Part shown: positions 31,512 to 43,766 of the stretch, in pieces
How positions within the stretch are numbered: the stretch's first letter is position 1
Layout of the letters: each line of letters begins with the position of its first letter
Assembly: GCA_000004695.1 (NCBI GenBank)
Contig: CM000153.2
Location: 2,464,001-2,528,000, forward strand
Direction: 5' to 3'
Origin: Dictyostelium discoideum
Lineage: Eukaryota
DNA length: 64,000 nt
The notes under the pieces: model-generated
Databases searched by the model: none
What the model was told of the DNA's origin: nothing
What the model saw: only the letters and a program-made list of their open reading frames with translations
Made by a program: the position numbers and the translations under genes

Positions 31512-33197
31512 GTTGAAAAAGAAAAAGAGAATTATTGTAAATTTTTAGACGCTGTAAATAGTTTTAATATGGTTGGTAATAATGGTGTATTATTTAATGG
31601 TGAAGCCAATAGGAATATGAAGTTAACCAATGCACAAGAGGAGAAATGTAAGATTTTAGATAATTATTTCAATCATTATTATCAAGAGTTATTTAAATAT
31701 CTTCATCAAAGACATAGAAGAATTAAGACCATTGAGGATTTCACTGTTGAATCTAGAATGGATAGACAGGGTGCAGAACAATGGATGAAGAAACAATTTG
31801 AAAAGGAGACTAATTTCCTTAGGAATAAAAGAGCCGGTATGAAATTAAAAGAATTTAAAATACTAACTCAAATTGGTAAAGGCGGGTTTGGTCAAGTGTT
31901 TTTAGCACAGAAAAAAGATACCGGTGATATTGTAACATTAAAGAGATTAAAGAAACAGACAGTGGAATGGGCCAATCAAAGAAATCAAGTCTCTCAAGAA
32001 AAGAGTGTAATGCTGGTAGATAATAAATGGATCACCAAATTGTTGTATAGTTTTCAAGATGCAAATTATCTCTACTTGGCTATGGAGTATCATTGTGGTG
32101 GCGATTTTAGAGCATTGTTAAATAATTTAGGTACACTCTCTGAGGATGAGGCCAGATTCTACATGATTGAAATGATAGAGGCAATCTCTTCACTTCACGA
32201 GATGGGTATAGTTCATAGGGATTGCAAGCCTTCCAATTTCGTATTGGACAAGTTGGGTCATATCAAGTTAATCGATTTCGGTCTATCCAAGGAAGGTATT
32301 GAAAAGAGAAATGGTTGGAATAAGGCTACGATGAATGAATTGAGAAAGAGTTGTCTAAGTGCCTCTTTCACTTCGAATACAATGAAAGCAGCCTCTGCCT
32401 ATCTATCAGGTGGCACCAATGTTATGGCATATCGTCGTCCAATTGCACATTCTGCTGTTGGCTCACCGGAATATATGTCACCCGAGATTGTCAATGATCA
32501 AGGCTACGATATGACTTGTGACTATTGGTCGTTGGGTTGTGTTTTCGTCGAGATGCTTTGTGGCTTCAATCCATTCTGTGCAGATACACCAAATGACGTT
32601 TTCATCAATATTCTACGTTGGAAGGAAACTTTGGATTGGCCATTATTCACTCAAGAACTTTCGGTGGAGGCAGCTGATCTACTAAAGAATATGTTGATGG
32701 AGCAACCCCATCGTTTAGGTGGTAAAGGGAAACAAGACTTTAAGAACCATCCTTTCTTTAAAAATCATAATTGGGATGAAATCGTAAATGGTCAAGTGAA
32801 ACCACCATTCGTACCAAAGGTTGAGAGTGATATAGATACCTCTTACTTTGAAGATGCCGTTAATAATGATTCCTCAACTTGGGATATCGATGATAACGAT
32901 TGTGGGGGTTATGGTAGTGGTGGTTATGGTGGTGGTGGTCCTCAAGCTAGAGATCCTTTCAATAATTTAAAAATACCCTTTTTCACCTATAGAAAATCTT
33001 CCGCCCTTAGTTTAAGTATGAGTTCAGAAATTGCTCAAAGTTTAAATTATAACAATGGTAATACTTATTCAAACTATACTAGTAATAATAATAATAATAA
33101 TCTTCATAATAATCAAATTCACGAAAGTGATGATGAAAATTATGATATCAATAATATAAATAATAATAATAATAATAATAATAATTTCATTAACTAA
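29584..33197 (+). CDS. NDR/LATS-family serine/threonine protein kinase (AGC group) with a long S/N/Q/T-rich N-terminal region, 2 exons
   Basis: Exon 1 is 29584-30069 (MSRKENLNRSSSSN...PSNEPT, donor GTATGT). Exon 2 is 30189-33197 (KSLAKFFLLAQQVDYVGDSS...). The kinase domain shows GKGGFGQVFLAQKKDTGDIVTLKRLKK, HRDCKPSNFVLD, DFGLS, and the NDR-type insert between subdomains VII and VIII before GSPEYMSPE. An AGC C-terminal 'FFKNHNWDEI...FVPKVESDIDTSYFED' follows. The track's second ORF begins at TTG, inside exon 2. Confidence 0.85.
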
Positions 33198-33269
33198 AAT
33201 TTTAACACAAAACTCATTCGTCTCAAAATAACTTTTTCACATACACATCCCATATAAAATCATAAATAT

Positions 33270-33330
33270 TCATTCATTCATTCATTCATTCATTCATTCA
33301 TTCATTCATTCATTCATTCATTCATTCATT
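33270..33330. repeat. (TCAT)n tetranucleotide microsatellite (~15 units) in the NDR-kinase 3' flank
   Basis: Read directly: 'cattcattcattcatt...'. Confidence 0.9.
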
Positions 33331-33419
33331 TTACATACACTCTCATATAATTTATAATCACAAATAATTCATCATCCAAAATTATTATTTTTTTTTTTTT
33401 TTTTTTTTTTCAAACTGTA

Positions 33420-34100
33420 TTGTTATTGTGTTGCTTCTATTTTTTTTTAAAAAAAAAATTGAAAAAAAAAAAAATATATATATATAAAATAATTAATTTA
33501 TATTGTTTTCAAATAGAAAATGGTAATAGTGGATATAATCATTTTCACTTTGATTCAATAGAACAACAAAATCAATATCAACTTTCATTGTTATCACCAA
33601 ATTCATCCGATAAATCGATAGGCATGATTCAATATATTAAAAAGTTTAGATATCAACAATTACAACAACAATTACAACAACACTTTCAACAACAAAATCA
33701 TTTACAACAATTAAAATCAAATCATAGAAAATCACCAACTAGACAATTAATTTCTTCACTTTTATATAAAGGTGATGATAAAACTTCAATTTTACAAAAT
33801 TATTCCTCACAATCACAACCATCTCTAGCTAATCAATTACAATCATCATCATCATCACCATCGCCTTCTTTACAGTCACAATCACAATCACCCTCTTTAC
33901 AATCATCTTCAAAATCAACTCCAAATCTATCCTCTTCTTTATTAGAAAATCCTGTAAAAGAAGAATTAGAATATAAAAACCAAACTGAAAATGAAGTTGA
34001 AATTAAAAAAGAAAACGAAAGTGAGGAAATTCAATCATTAAGAGATCAATTAAAAGAAATTATAATTTATGAAGATTATGACCAAGAATATAGTATATAG
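33420..34100 (+). CDS. Q/S-rich low-complexity ORF; possibly an exon of a gene with an undetermined start
   Basis: 226-aa ORF whose first codon is TTG. The first in-frame ATG is ~33621. A possible acceptor 'tcaaatag' lies at ~33508. An acidic C-terminus ends in a stop at 34100. No recognisable domain was found. Confidence 0.3.
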   Translation: MLLCCFYFFLKKKLKKKKIYIYKIINLYCFQIENGNSGYNHFHFDSIEQQNQYQLSLLSPNSSDKSIGMIQYIKKFRYQQLQQQLQQHFQQQNHLQQLKSNHRKSPTRQLISSLLYKGDDKTSILQNYSSQSQPSLANQLQSSSSSPSPSLQSQSQSPSLQSSSKSTPNLSSSLLENPVKEELEYKNQTENEVEIKKENESEEIQSLRDQLKEIIIYEDYDQEYSI

Positions 34101-34303
34101 TAAAAAAAAAAAAAAAAAAAAAAAAATTAAGAGAATTAAACTTTTTGTAAATGATTAATTTCAAAACAAAAAAGAATTTTTTCCATCACTTTCCAAAAAT
34201 ACCAAAAATTATTGTGTACTTTAACACAGTAAATGACAAATAAATAAAAAATTATATTTCTCTATTGTAATATAAAATTTGTATTACTATTTATATAAAA
34301 TTT

Positions 34304-34335
<32 letters not shown>

Positions 34336-34542
34336 CCAAACAAATTTGAAATAAACATAAATAATAAAATTGACCCCATATATTTTTATAATTTTTAATT
34401 TTTTTTTTTCCATTTTATTTTTAGTTTGATTTTAGTTGTAATTTATATTTAATACTGTTACTTTTTAATATTAAACCATTTTTTTTTTTTTTTTTTTTTG
34501 TACTATTATTATTTATTTATTTATTTATTAATCATATATTCT

Positions 34543-35047
34543 TTAAAGGAATTTTGGAGCAACAAGTTTATCGAAACACTCGTTGAATGCTTTATTCTCT
34601 TCTTCGCAAGGAATTGTTCTCATATTATTTTCTTCTATACATTTAACTGATTCGTTTAATTCTTTTTGACAATTTTTGACAATTTCTCTCATTCTGTAAA
34701 TAATTGAAAAGATATTTAGTATATTAAAGAAAACACACACACACCAAATAAATTTATTTTTAAAACACACCACACATCACACTGCCATCCAAAACCACCA
34801 GCAACAAAACACACACACATACACATATGAATTTTACTTTAATTGTGATAAAGTAAGTGAATGATTGAATATATTATAATTACACTTTTTGTGAACATCC
34901 AACAACTGCAGTTGATTCTCTTAAACAAAGTTCTGGATCACTACCTTTTTCCATTCTACATTTTTCATAGGCTTCAAAAACTTCACCACAAACAGCCCAA
35001 ACGCCATCTCTTTGTGCTACTAATTCTGCTCTTGTGAATGATTCCAT
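34543..35047 (-). CDS. CHCH-domain protein with two consecutive twin-Cx9C motifs, 2 exons
   Basis: Exon 1 is 35047-34884 (MESFTRAELVAQRDGVWAVCGEVFEAYEKCRMEKGSDPELCLRESTAVVGCSQK; C-x9-C twice; donor GTAATT, phase 2). The intron is ~190 nt and rich in (CA)n/(GT)n. Exon 2 is 34693-34543 (VMREIVKNCQKELNESVKCIEENNMRTIPCEEENKAFNECFDKLVAPKFL; C-x9-C twice). Confidence 0.65.
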
Positions 35048-35781
35048 TGTTTAATTGAATATATGAAATAATTTTATGCGTAAATAAAAAAAATAAAAAA
35101 ATGCTTGAAGAAAAAAAAATAAAAATTTTATTTTTATTTTTTTTTTTTTTTTTCAAAAAATAAAAAAAAATTAAAAAAAAATAAAAAAAGAAATATTAAT
35201 CAAATTTAACTTTTTTTTTTTTTTTTGAAAATTAGAAAACTAAAAAAAGAAATAATCATCAAATATCACTTTTTTTTTTTTTAAAAATTTTTTTTTCACC
35301 ATAAACATTTGAATTACTTTTTGAGGTTGTTTTGTTTTTTTTTATTTTTTTTTTTTTTTTTTTTGGAATATTAAATAAAAATAGTGTAAAAAAAATAAAA
35401 AAAAAAAACAATATTCTTTTTTTAAAACTATCTTTTTCAGTCATTTTTTTTTTTATTATCTATAAAAAATAAAGATACAATGAGCTTAAATACCACTTTA
35501 TTTTTAACAAAATTCTAAATAAAATTAAAAAATAAAAAAATCTATATAAGTATTATTAACCATAAATAGTAAAAACAAATTTATTTTTTTTTTATTTTTT
35601 TTTATTTAATTAAACAAAAATTTTAAAAATATTTTTATTTTTTTTTTTTTTTATTATTTTTATTTTTTTTTTAATTAAAAAACTTTTTTTTTTTTTTTTT
35701 ATAAAATGTCCGACTTCATTAAAATTCCAACTTTAATTTTTTATCAGAATAATTTTAAAAGCAAAAAACAATACATTTAAA

Positions 35782-36479
35782 ATGAAATTTAAAAGAGATG
35801 AAAATCAAAATAGTACCCACCATAGAGGTAATAAAAATAATACCAACAATGACGACGATGATAAAGAAGAGGAAGAAGAAATAATAAATGATACAACAAT
35901 GCCACCATTAAACAATGAAGAAAAATATTTTTTAAAAAAGATTTTTCCCTTTTTACCAAGTAGATCAAGTTCCAGTACATCGAAATTAATTTTTAGTTTA
36001 ATTTTAGATTTAGTTGGATTCTTTACACAGATTATACCAATATTTGGTTTTGCATTTTGGCCATCAATTTCAACTTATTTAATTTTTAAAGTTTATGGTT
36101 CAGGTTTACATTTATGTGTTTCATTTTTAGAAGAAACTGTAACTATTTAATTTAATTTTTAGAAAATAATAAAAAAAATAATAAAAATAAAATAAAAATT
36201 ATTAATTATATATAAAACTATTTCTTTATTATTAAGATACCAGGATTAGGTTTCATACCAACTGCAACTTGTTGTTGGGCAAATGAAAAATATAATATAA
36301 TTCCAAAAGTTGATAGGTACCTACCAACAAGATATATTAAAATGGTCAGAAATTTTATTTCAGCATTTAAAAAAATTGCAATTGCTGTTGCACTAATTGC
36401 AATTTATAAAATCATTTCATATTTTTCACCCTATTTACCATTCTTTGGTGGTAGTAAAAATCATCAAACTTCATATTAA
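35782..36479 (+). CDS. Small membrane protein, DUF4112-like, 2 exons
   Basis: Exon 1 is 35782-~36138 (acidic N-terminus, then LIFSLILDLVGFFTQIIPIFGFAFWPSISTYLIFKVYG..., donor GTAACT). Exon 2 is ~36237-36479 (IPGLGFIPTATCCWANEKYNIIPKVDRYLPTRYIKMVRNFISAFKKIAIAVALIAIYKII...). Confidence 0.5.
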
Positions 36480-36892
36480 TATTAAAAATTAAAAACAATA
36501 AAATAAAAAAAAAAAAAAAAAAAACATTTGTAAATAAATCACATCTGTATTTTTCAACTTTGTGATTTTTTAAAAAAAAAAGAAAAAGAAAAGGAAATTT
36601 GGAACAACTTCATATATAATTATTGGAATCTTATAATTGTGAAACAGTTTTGGTAATAATGAAAGGTTACCATCCCTCAGCCATTACCACATTAGATTAT
36701 TGGACAAACAAGTAATTAGACTATAGTAGAAGAGGATAATCTGCCAAAAAAATAATAATAACAATCTATAAAATTGTAATTTATAATACAATTAAAATAT
36801 AATTAAATAAAACCAGAACACATCCCAAATGGATGAGGTTATTAAAAAAAAAAAGTAAATTTGAAAATTTTTTATTAATTTATTTTGTTTAG

Positions 36893-37669
36893 TTAATTTG
36901 GAGTACAAAAAACTTCATTAAAATTATCATCACCAGGAGTGCATGGCATTGTTACATCTTGTTGACTACATGAAGATGAAGATGAAGATGAAGAATCATC
37001 ACCATCTTTGCATATTAAAACACTTGCATTACCGTTTGAGCATTGAATTGTTACGCTGTTTGGATCATTTGAATCATTTGATGAGAATTTTAAACCAGAA
37101 GTTGAATAAGTCATATAATATAAAGATGATGAACTATCACTACCACTATCATTAGCACTATTACCACTATTATCACTATTACCACTACTACTACCACAAC
37201 CATTATAACCACCATTATCAAATTGTGAATAAACTTGAGTATTTGCAATGTATAATGGTGAATTTGTAATTGTTACCAATGAATATTGATTTGATAATTG
37301 ATATGAATTAATTGAACCATTGAATGTAATGAAACCTGGTGTTTGAATGCATGAACCGTTCTTGTATGAATTTGCATTGACAAAGTTACCTGAACAACTG
37401 TTATTATTATAATTGTCAAATTGAGCTACACCAACTCTTAGTGCATCAACTATCACTAAAAAACTACTCTCTTTTTGTACTAATCCATTATGTGCTATAT
37501 TATAAAAACAATTTTCTGGTTGGAAACTAAATCCAAGTCCACTAACTTCACTTGAACAACTACTATCAACACCATATGGAATAAAATTTGCATAAATATT
37601 TTTTGGTAATTGACATTTTACAAATGTACAAATTAATAAAATATTTAAAATTATAAATAATAATTTCAT
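36893..37669 (-). CDS. Secreted Cys/Ser/Asn-rich protein with a signal peptide
   Basis: 258-aa ORF beginning MKLLFIILNILLICTFVKCQ. By my count the ATG sits 1 nt inside the track boundary. It has many cysteines and an S/N/G-rich middle (NSDNSGNSANDSGSDSSSS). There is no C-terminal hydrophobic tail. Confidence 0.6.
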   Translation of the reverse strand: MKLLFIILNILLICTFVKCQLPKNIYANFIPYGVDSSCSSEVSGLGFSFQPENCFYNIAHNGLVQKESSFLVIVDALRVGVAQFDNYNNNSCSGNFVNANSYKNGSCIQTPGFITFNGSINSYQLSNQYSLVTITNSPLYIANTQVYSQFDNGGYNGCGSSSGNSDNSGNSANDSGSDSSSSLYYMTYSTSGLKFSSNDSNDPNSVTIQCSNGNASVLICKDGDDSSSSSSSSCSQQDVTMPCTPGDDNFNEVFCTPN

Positions 37670-37827
37670 TTTAAATTAAAAAATATTTGTATTAAATAAA
37701 AAATGAAAAAAATAAAAAAAATAAAAAAAAAAAAAAGTTAAAAAAAGATATTGTTTTGAAAAAAAAAAAAAAAAAAAAAATCTAAAATGCAAAATATCTA
37801 TAAAAAAAATCAGAACGTTCTTTCAGA

Positions 37828-37861
<34 letters not shown>

Positions 37862-37890
37862 ACAAATTTAATTTAATTATTTTTTTTTTT

Positions 37891-40732
37891 TTATAAATTA
37901 TTATTAATTTCTTTTAATTTTTTCTCTAATAAAGTTTGAGTTTTACTTAATTTCACTCTTTGTCTGGTAATAAAGAAAGCTGAAACTATTAAAGCAGCAC
38001 CACCAATACCTACACCAATACCAACACCAATTTTCCAACCATTTTCAGATTTTTTATTATCAGTATTTCCATTTTGAGAACCGTCCTGTGAGGTACAACT
38101 ATTGATTGATGGTTCACGAACTACAGCAGTTGAATAAGCAGTTAAATCTAATTCAAAACTAGCACTTTGACAATCGTATGCGTTTACTTTAGTTACCATT
38201 TTATTGAATAAACCAGAAATACCAACTGAATTTGAAGTTACACCACCATTACCACTTTGACCATTTACAATTGCAACTTTTGGAAATCTACCAAAATATT
38301 CAACATTGTAAGTATTTAAAGTAAAGAAACGAGTATCCACTGATGAACCAGTTGGATTACCAAAAATAATTGGAAGATTTTGACATTCTTTTGGATATTG
38401 ATCAAATTCAAATAAAAATTGAGGATTATTAACAGTTAATGAACTTCCAGAATAATAATCTACTCTATATGTTAAACTATTCAATGGGAATGAAATAAAT
38501 TGATCACTTGAACTAATTTGATTTTGTCTAATTGTAACATTTATATTCTTTTGATTGGCTCCATACCATTGATATAAAGTTGTATATTGATCGATTGGAA
38601 TTGATTTCCATTGATCAATTAAAATTTCATTTTGATTTTCAATTATTGAAACTAAATATAATTTCATTGAAGATGTGGTTTTTGCATCATCATTTAATTG
38701 TGGTGTCATTGTTATAGTTGCATTATTTTCACCAAATTCAAATTTTGATACAATGGTAGATAGTGAACAATCTGCACCAGTGAAATTACTATTACAAATA
38801 CACATTCCAACATCACCATCACAATAACCATTACTACCACAATTATTTGGACAAAATGATGGATCCATCATTGTTAATAAATTTGAAATTGCACCATATG
38901 ATAATTTATTAACAGTGACTGAAACATCCAATTGACCAGCTGGTAAAATAAATGGTGTTTTTGGGAATTTACATGTTAAAATTGTATGATTTACTGATTG
39001 AACTGGACAATCGATAGAACCCTGTACCAATACTTGTACCATTGAAGTATCATTCCAAAAATTTGAACCAAAAATGGTAACTATTGATTCAAGTTTTGTT
39101 GGAATTAATTTAGTTGATGTACTTTTAATTAATGGTGGTGAATATAAGAATGTAAAAGCTTGATTTCTATTATCTTGACCACTGACACTAACAACAAATA
39201 TACCACCATCAATACCACTTGGTAAATCACATGTTAAAGTTTGATAAGCATTTATTACTTTTACATTTGTGCATTCAATTTCTGTGCCTTTTTTATTGAT
39301 TAATCTAACATAGTTATTTGAATCAGTGGTGGTTCTAGTTGCAATCCAAAAGTTTGTACCATAAATTGTAGCGGTACCACCAATTGTTGGCACAGGTGTA
39401 ATGGAAGCAATACTTGGTGCATTATATTTAAATGAAATTGAAGATGATGGTGCAGGAGTTACATCATTTAATACATTCAATGTTAAAGTACCTTGACCAT
39501 ATATGAATGGATTACTACATGATATTAAAGTGCCAAATTGTTGAACTTGACAATTCAATGGTACAGCACCATTTACATTCTCCATTGAAATACTAATGAA
39601 AGGAATGAATGCACCTAACATTGTACCTCTGATTTGAATACTAAAATCCAATGAACTAATTGGTGTTGTAATACTTGCAATTGTTGGTGAACAAGTTCCC
39701 ATTGGTCCAAATTTAGCCTGATCATATAAAATTCTAAAACTTGTTGATGTACTTAAGAAAACTGATTTTGGTAAACAATAAAATGATGATGGTAATTCAC
39801 CACCAGCAGCACCTCCGATATTAGTTGAAGTTATATCTAAAAAGTTTAAACCACCAGCTAAAATATCATTTGGCAATGCACCTGTGAATGCTGTATTTGA
39901 AATGAAAAGTTGAGTCAATTTAGAACGTGATCCAAATTCTGATGTAAATGAACCAATTAAATTTGGATTATTTTGTGAATACCAAATTCTTAAATTTGGT
40001 AAATAGAAAAACTCTGGATCTATAGTACCAATAATAGCTAAATTATTAAGTGTAACAGTTTGTAATGAATCCCAACTAACCTCTCCAATTCTTGGCATTG
40101 TCTTATTGGCTCCAAAATTTAATAAAAATAATTGAAGTGTTGTTAATGTTGATGGTAATTTATAAAATACACTAAAACTAATTGAATAACCATTACAATA
40201 TAATAAAAATGTTTGTAAACTTGTTGAATTTTTAAATAATGTTGATTGAAGTGATACTGAACTAATTGGTGCAACTTGTAATTGTAAATAACTTTTTTTT
40301 TTTAAAATAAAAAAAATAAAAAAAATTAGAAATATGAAATAAAAAATATATATATACCACTACTACTACTATTACTTACAATGTTAATAAATTTGGGGTA
40401 AAGATTTCAAATGGAAATCTTGCTTGTGTAGCTGCTGTATCATCGGAATGGTAATAACTATTTAGAATTAAAAAAAAAAAAAAAAAAAAAAAAAATATAT
40501 ATTAATAGATAAAATAAAAAATTAAAATAATAATTAAATAAATATAAAATTTACTTACAAATTTTGAAGAGAAGTTGGTAATAAAGGCATTGTTCCCACA
40601 ACTGGTTGAATATGTAAATATTTTAAAGATACCATTTTGGTCCAATCATTTAGTCCATTATCAGTGGTAATTTTAAAATTGTATGTTGAAATTGATTGAC
40701 TAGAAAAAAAGAAATTATTAGTAACAACGTTT

Positions 40733-40767
<35 letters not shown>

Positions 40768-41211
40768 CTCTTTAAATAATCTTACAATTGTTCTAAAACT
40801 GGATGTTGATAAATTGTAATAGGTACATTTTTAACATCAACATTATGTAAGTATAAAATTTTCAAAGCTGGAAATGCATCAAATACATTATTTAAACCAC
40901 AATCTGATACTGCATCAATATCACTTTTTATTTTTATTTTTATTTTTATTTTTATTTTTATTTTTATTTTTAATTTCATATGAAAAAAAGTTAGTATTTA
41001 TATTTTATTTTGATTATTATGTATAAAAAAATATTTACATTCTATTAATATCACCATTTTCGTCACATTTAATACTGTTTGCTAAAAAGATTGATGTGGA
41101 AGTTGCACCACATTCTAATGATGTCCATTGAAATCCACACTGACTTGAAATAGTATTCAAAGCATTAACTAATAATAATTATTTTTTTTTTTTTTTTTTT
41201 TTTGGCGTTAG

Positions 41212-41263
<52 letters not shown>

Positions 41264-41359
41264 TCTTACTTTGTTGGGTTGTAAATGTGGATGAAGCAAT
41301 TGATATAAAAAGTACCAATAATACATTTATCTTTAAAATAAAAGATGAGAGCTTTCTCA
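37891..41359 (-). CDS. Receptor-like type-I membrane protein: signal peptide, leucine-rich repeats, IPT/TIG-like beta-sandwich repeats, an EGF-like module and a single TM; about 6 exons
   Basis: Exon 1 starts at the ATG ~41359 (MRKLSSFILKINVLLVLFISIASSTFTTQQ, donor GTAAGA). Exon 2 is ~41165-41035 (INALNTISSQCGFQWTSLECGATSTSIFLANSIKCDENGDINR). Exon 3 is ~40925-40790 (...DCGLNNVFDAFPALKILYLHNVDVKNVPITIYQHPVLEQ, donor GTAAGA). Exon 4 is ~40720-40575. Exon 5 is ~40465-40385. The last exon is ~40290-37891 and contains 'CPNNCGSNGYCDGDVGMCICNSNFTGADCS' (EGF-like) and 'IGVGIGVGIGGAALIVSAFFITRQR' (TM). Phase-2 donors of the GTAAGT type were matched across the junctions. Confidence 0.6.
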
Positions 41360-42039
41360 TTTTATTTATTTTTATTTTTATTTTTATTTATTTTATTTGT
41401 ATTTATTTTTTTATTTTTTTTTTTTTTATTTGGTTGTTAATGGATCAAAAAAAAATAAAAATAAAAAAATAAAAATAAAAATATAAAATAAAATTTCGAC
41501 ACCAAAAAAAATCTGCAAAACATTTTAAAAAAAAAAAGAAAAAAAAAAAGATATTTATAATTTCCAAATTAGTAACCATTGAAAAAAAAAATCTTTTTAT
41601 TATTTTTATAATACCTGGTTTTTTAAAAAATATGTGAAGGTTATATTGCCGAAAAAAATCTTTTTTTTTTTTTTGCTAAATTTTATTTTTGGTGGTTGAT
41701 TACTTTTTTTTTTTTTATTATTATAATGGTTTTCATCATGTGATTGCGCAATATTAAATCAACAAAAATGAATAAAAAAAAAAAATTAAAAAAATAAATT
41801 CTCGAAAATTAATACTTTTTTTTTTTTCTCTTTTACTCATCCTTTCACCAAAGAAAGATTGATGATTTTTGAAAAAAAAAAAAAAATAAATGAAATAAAA
41901 TAAAATAATTGAGACATTTATTTTTTTTTTTTTAGATTTTTTAAACCAGTTTTGTTCTATTTTATTCTTTTTTTTATTTTTGGTTTTGGTGTTGCCTTAT
42001 TTTTTTATATTTATTTATTTATTTTAATTTAATTTAATT

Positions 42040-42788
42040 TTATTTCTTTAATTCAAATGAAATTTTACAACCACATGATTTTATTGTATTTGGGTTTGAG
42101 GCAACAACAAAAGAACTTCTCATTAATGCTGTTTCATAATCAATGATTGAACCTTCCATCATTTCTAATGAAATTTTATCTATAATTACTTTAGCCCCAT
42201 TCCTAATAAATAATCTATAAAAAAAAAATAAAAATAAAAAAATAATTGTTAGCATGAATATTATATATATTTTTTTTTTTTTTTTTATAGATTATTTATT
42301 AGGAATGGGGCTAAAGTAAAAAAGTAAACTTACACATCATCATCTTGTAATTTATTTTCAACCTTTATTATATATTGATAACCACTACAACCACCCATAT
42401 CTACCATTACTCTAAGGAAAATATCAGTTGAGTCTGATTTCTTTTGTACACTATTTAATTCCTTAACGCAACTATCTGTTAAAGTTATATTATATTTTGT
42501 GATATTTTCATTAATTTCTTCTGCTTCTTTTGATAGTTGTTGTTGTTCAGTTGATGGTGTTGTTGTAGTTGTTGTAGTTGTTTGTTGATGTATTGGGTTT
42601 GATGTTGTAGTTGTTGTAAAAAATTTAAAATTGAAACTTTGTATATTTTTTATTGGTGTGTTGATATTATTATTATTATGATTATTATTGTTAATAATTG
42701 GTGTTATTATACTATGTGGTTTTGTAATAAAACTCCTTTTAAGGAAATATGGTAATGATGAATTTTTTTTAAAAATTGATCTTATCAT
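42040..42788 (-). CDS. Iron-sulfur cluster assembly protein, IscA/HesB family (mitochondrial type), 2 exons
   Basis: Exon 1 is 42788-~42334 (N-terminal presequence-like region, then ...NITLTDSCVKELN...RVMVDMGGCSGYQYIIKVENKLQDDD, donor GTAAGT, phase 2). Exon 2 is ~42214-42040 (VLFIRNGAKVIIDKISLEMMEGSIIDYETALMRSSFVVASNPNTIKSCGCKISFEL). The GGCSG and CGC motifs are conserved. Confidence 0.8.
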
Positions 42789-43256
42789 TTTTTTTTTTAT
42801 TTTTTTTTTTATTTTTTCTTTGTTTTTTTTTCTTGTTTTTTGTTTTGTGAATGAAAAAAAAGTTTTTTAAATTAATTAATTAAAAAAAAAATTAAAAAAA
42901 CGATGACAGTGCGATGATGTTTTGAAAAAAAAAAAAAAAAAAAAATTTAAAAAAAAATTTAAAAATATAAAATAAATTAATTTTTGGTAGTTATTTTACC
43001 TTTATTTATTTGGTTTTTTTTTTTTTTTTTTTTTATTATTATTATTATTCTTACCTAAAATAGAGGTTACTATTATCAAAAAAAAACTATTGTTGTGATT
43101 GTGATTGTGTTGTAATTGGTTGAGATTGTGTTTTGTTGGTTAGGGTGGTTGAGGTGAGATTTATAGTGGTTTTTTTTTTTTTATTATATTTATAAATTGA
43201 AGCTAAAAAAAAAATATTTATACAAAATTATTTTATTAAGCCAAGTAATATATAAA

Positions 43257-43287
<31 letters not shown>

Positions 43288-43681
43288 GAAATTTTAATTT
43301 AATTTAAATATTTAATTTTTTTTAAATTTTATTATTAAATTCATATTAAATAAAATAATTGCCCAAAAAAATAAAAAATAAAAAAAAATAAAAATAAAAT
43401 TAAAAATTAAAAAAATATATATATATAAATTAATTCAAAATTAAAAACCAAATCTTGTATATTCAATAAAAATGATTTTAAAAATACAGTATCTTAATTT
43501 AAAGGTATATTTGTGGTACAAATTAATTTCAAAAAAAAAAAAAAAAAGGGTAAAAAAAAAAAGTTGTAAAAAAAAAGGTAATTATTTAATTAAAAATATT
43601 TTTTTTTTTATTTTTTTAATTTATTCGTCTTTTCCAACACACCTAATTTTTTGTTTTTGACAAAATTTAATCAAAAAGTTT

Positions 43682-43716
<35 letters not shown>

Positions 43717-43766
43717 AAAAAAAAAAAACGAAAGGTAGTTATTACTCAATTGAAAAGAAATACAGA

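Noticed and set aside
34543-35047. Two independent ~50-aa twin-Cx9C genes
   Set aside because: The intervening 190 nt has canonical GT...AG boundaries (GTAATT...acag) and joins the ORFs in frame with a phase-2 intron, so a single two-CHCH gene is more parsimonious.
40782-40979. ORF starting 'MKLKIKIKIKIK...'
   Set aside because: The N-terminus is a read-through of an intronic (TTTTTA)n repeat. Only the C-terminal part (from ...DIDAVSDCGLNN) is a real exon of the LRR/IPT receptor gene.
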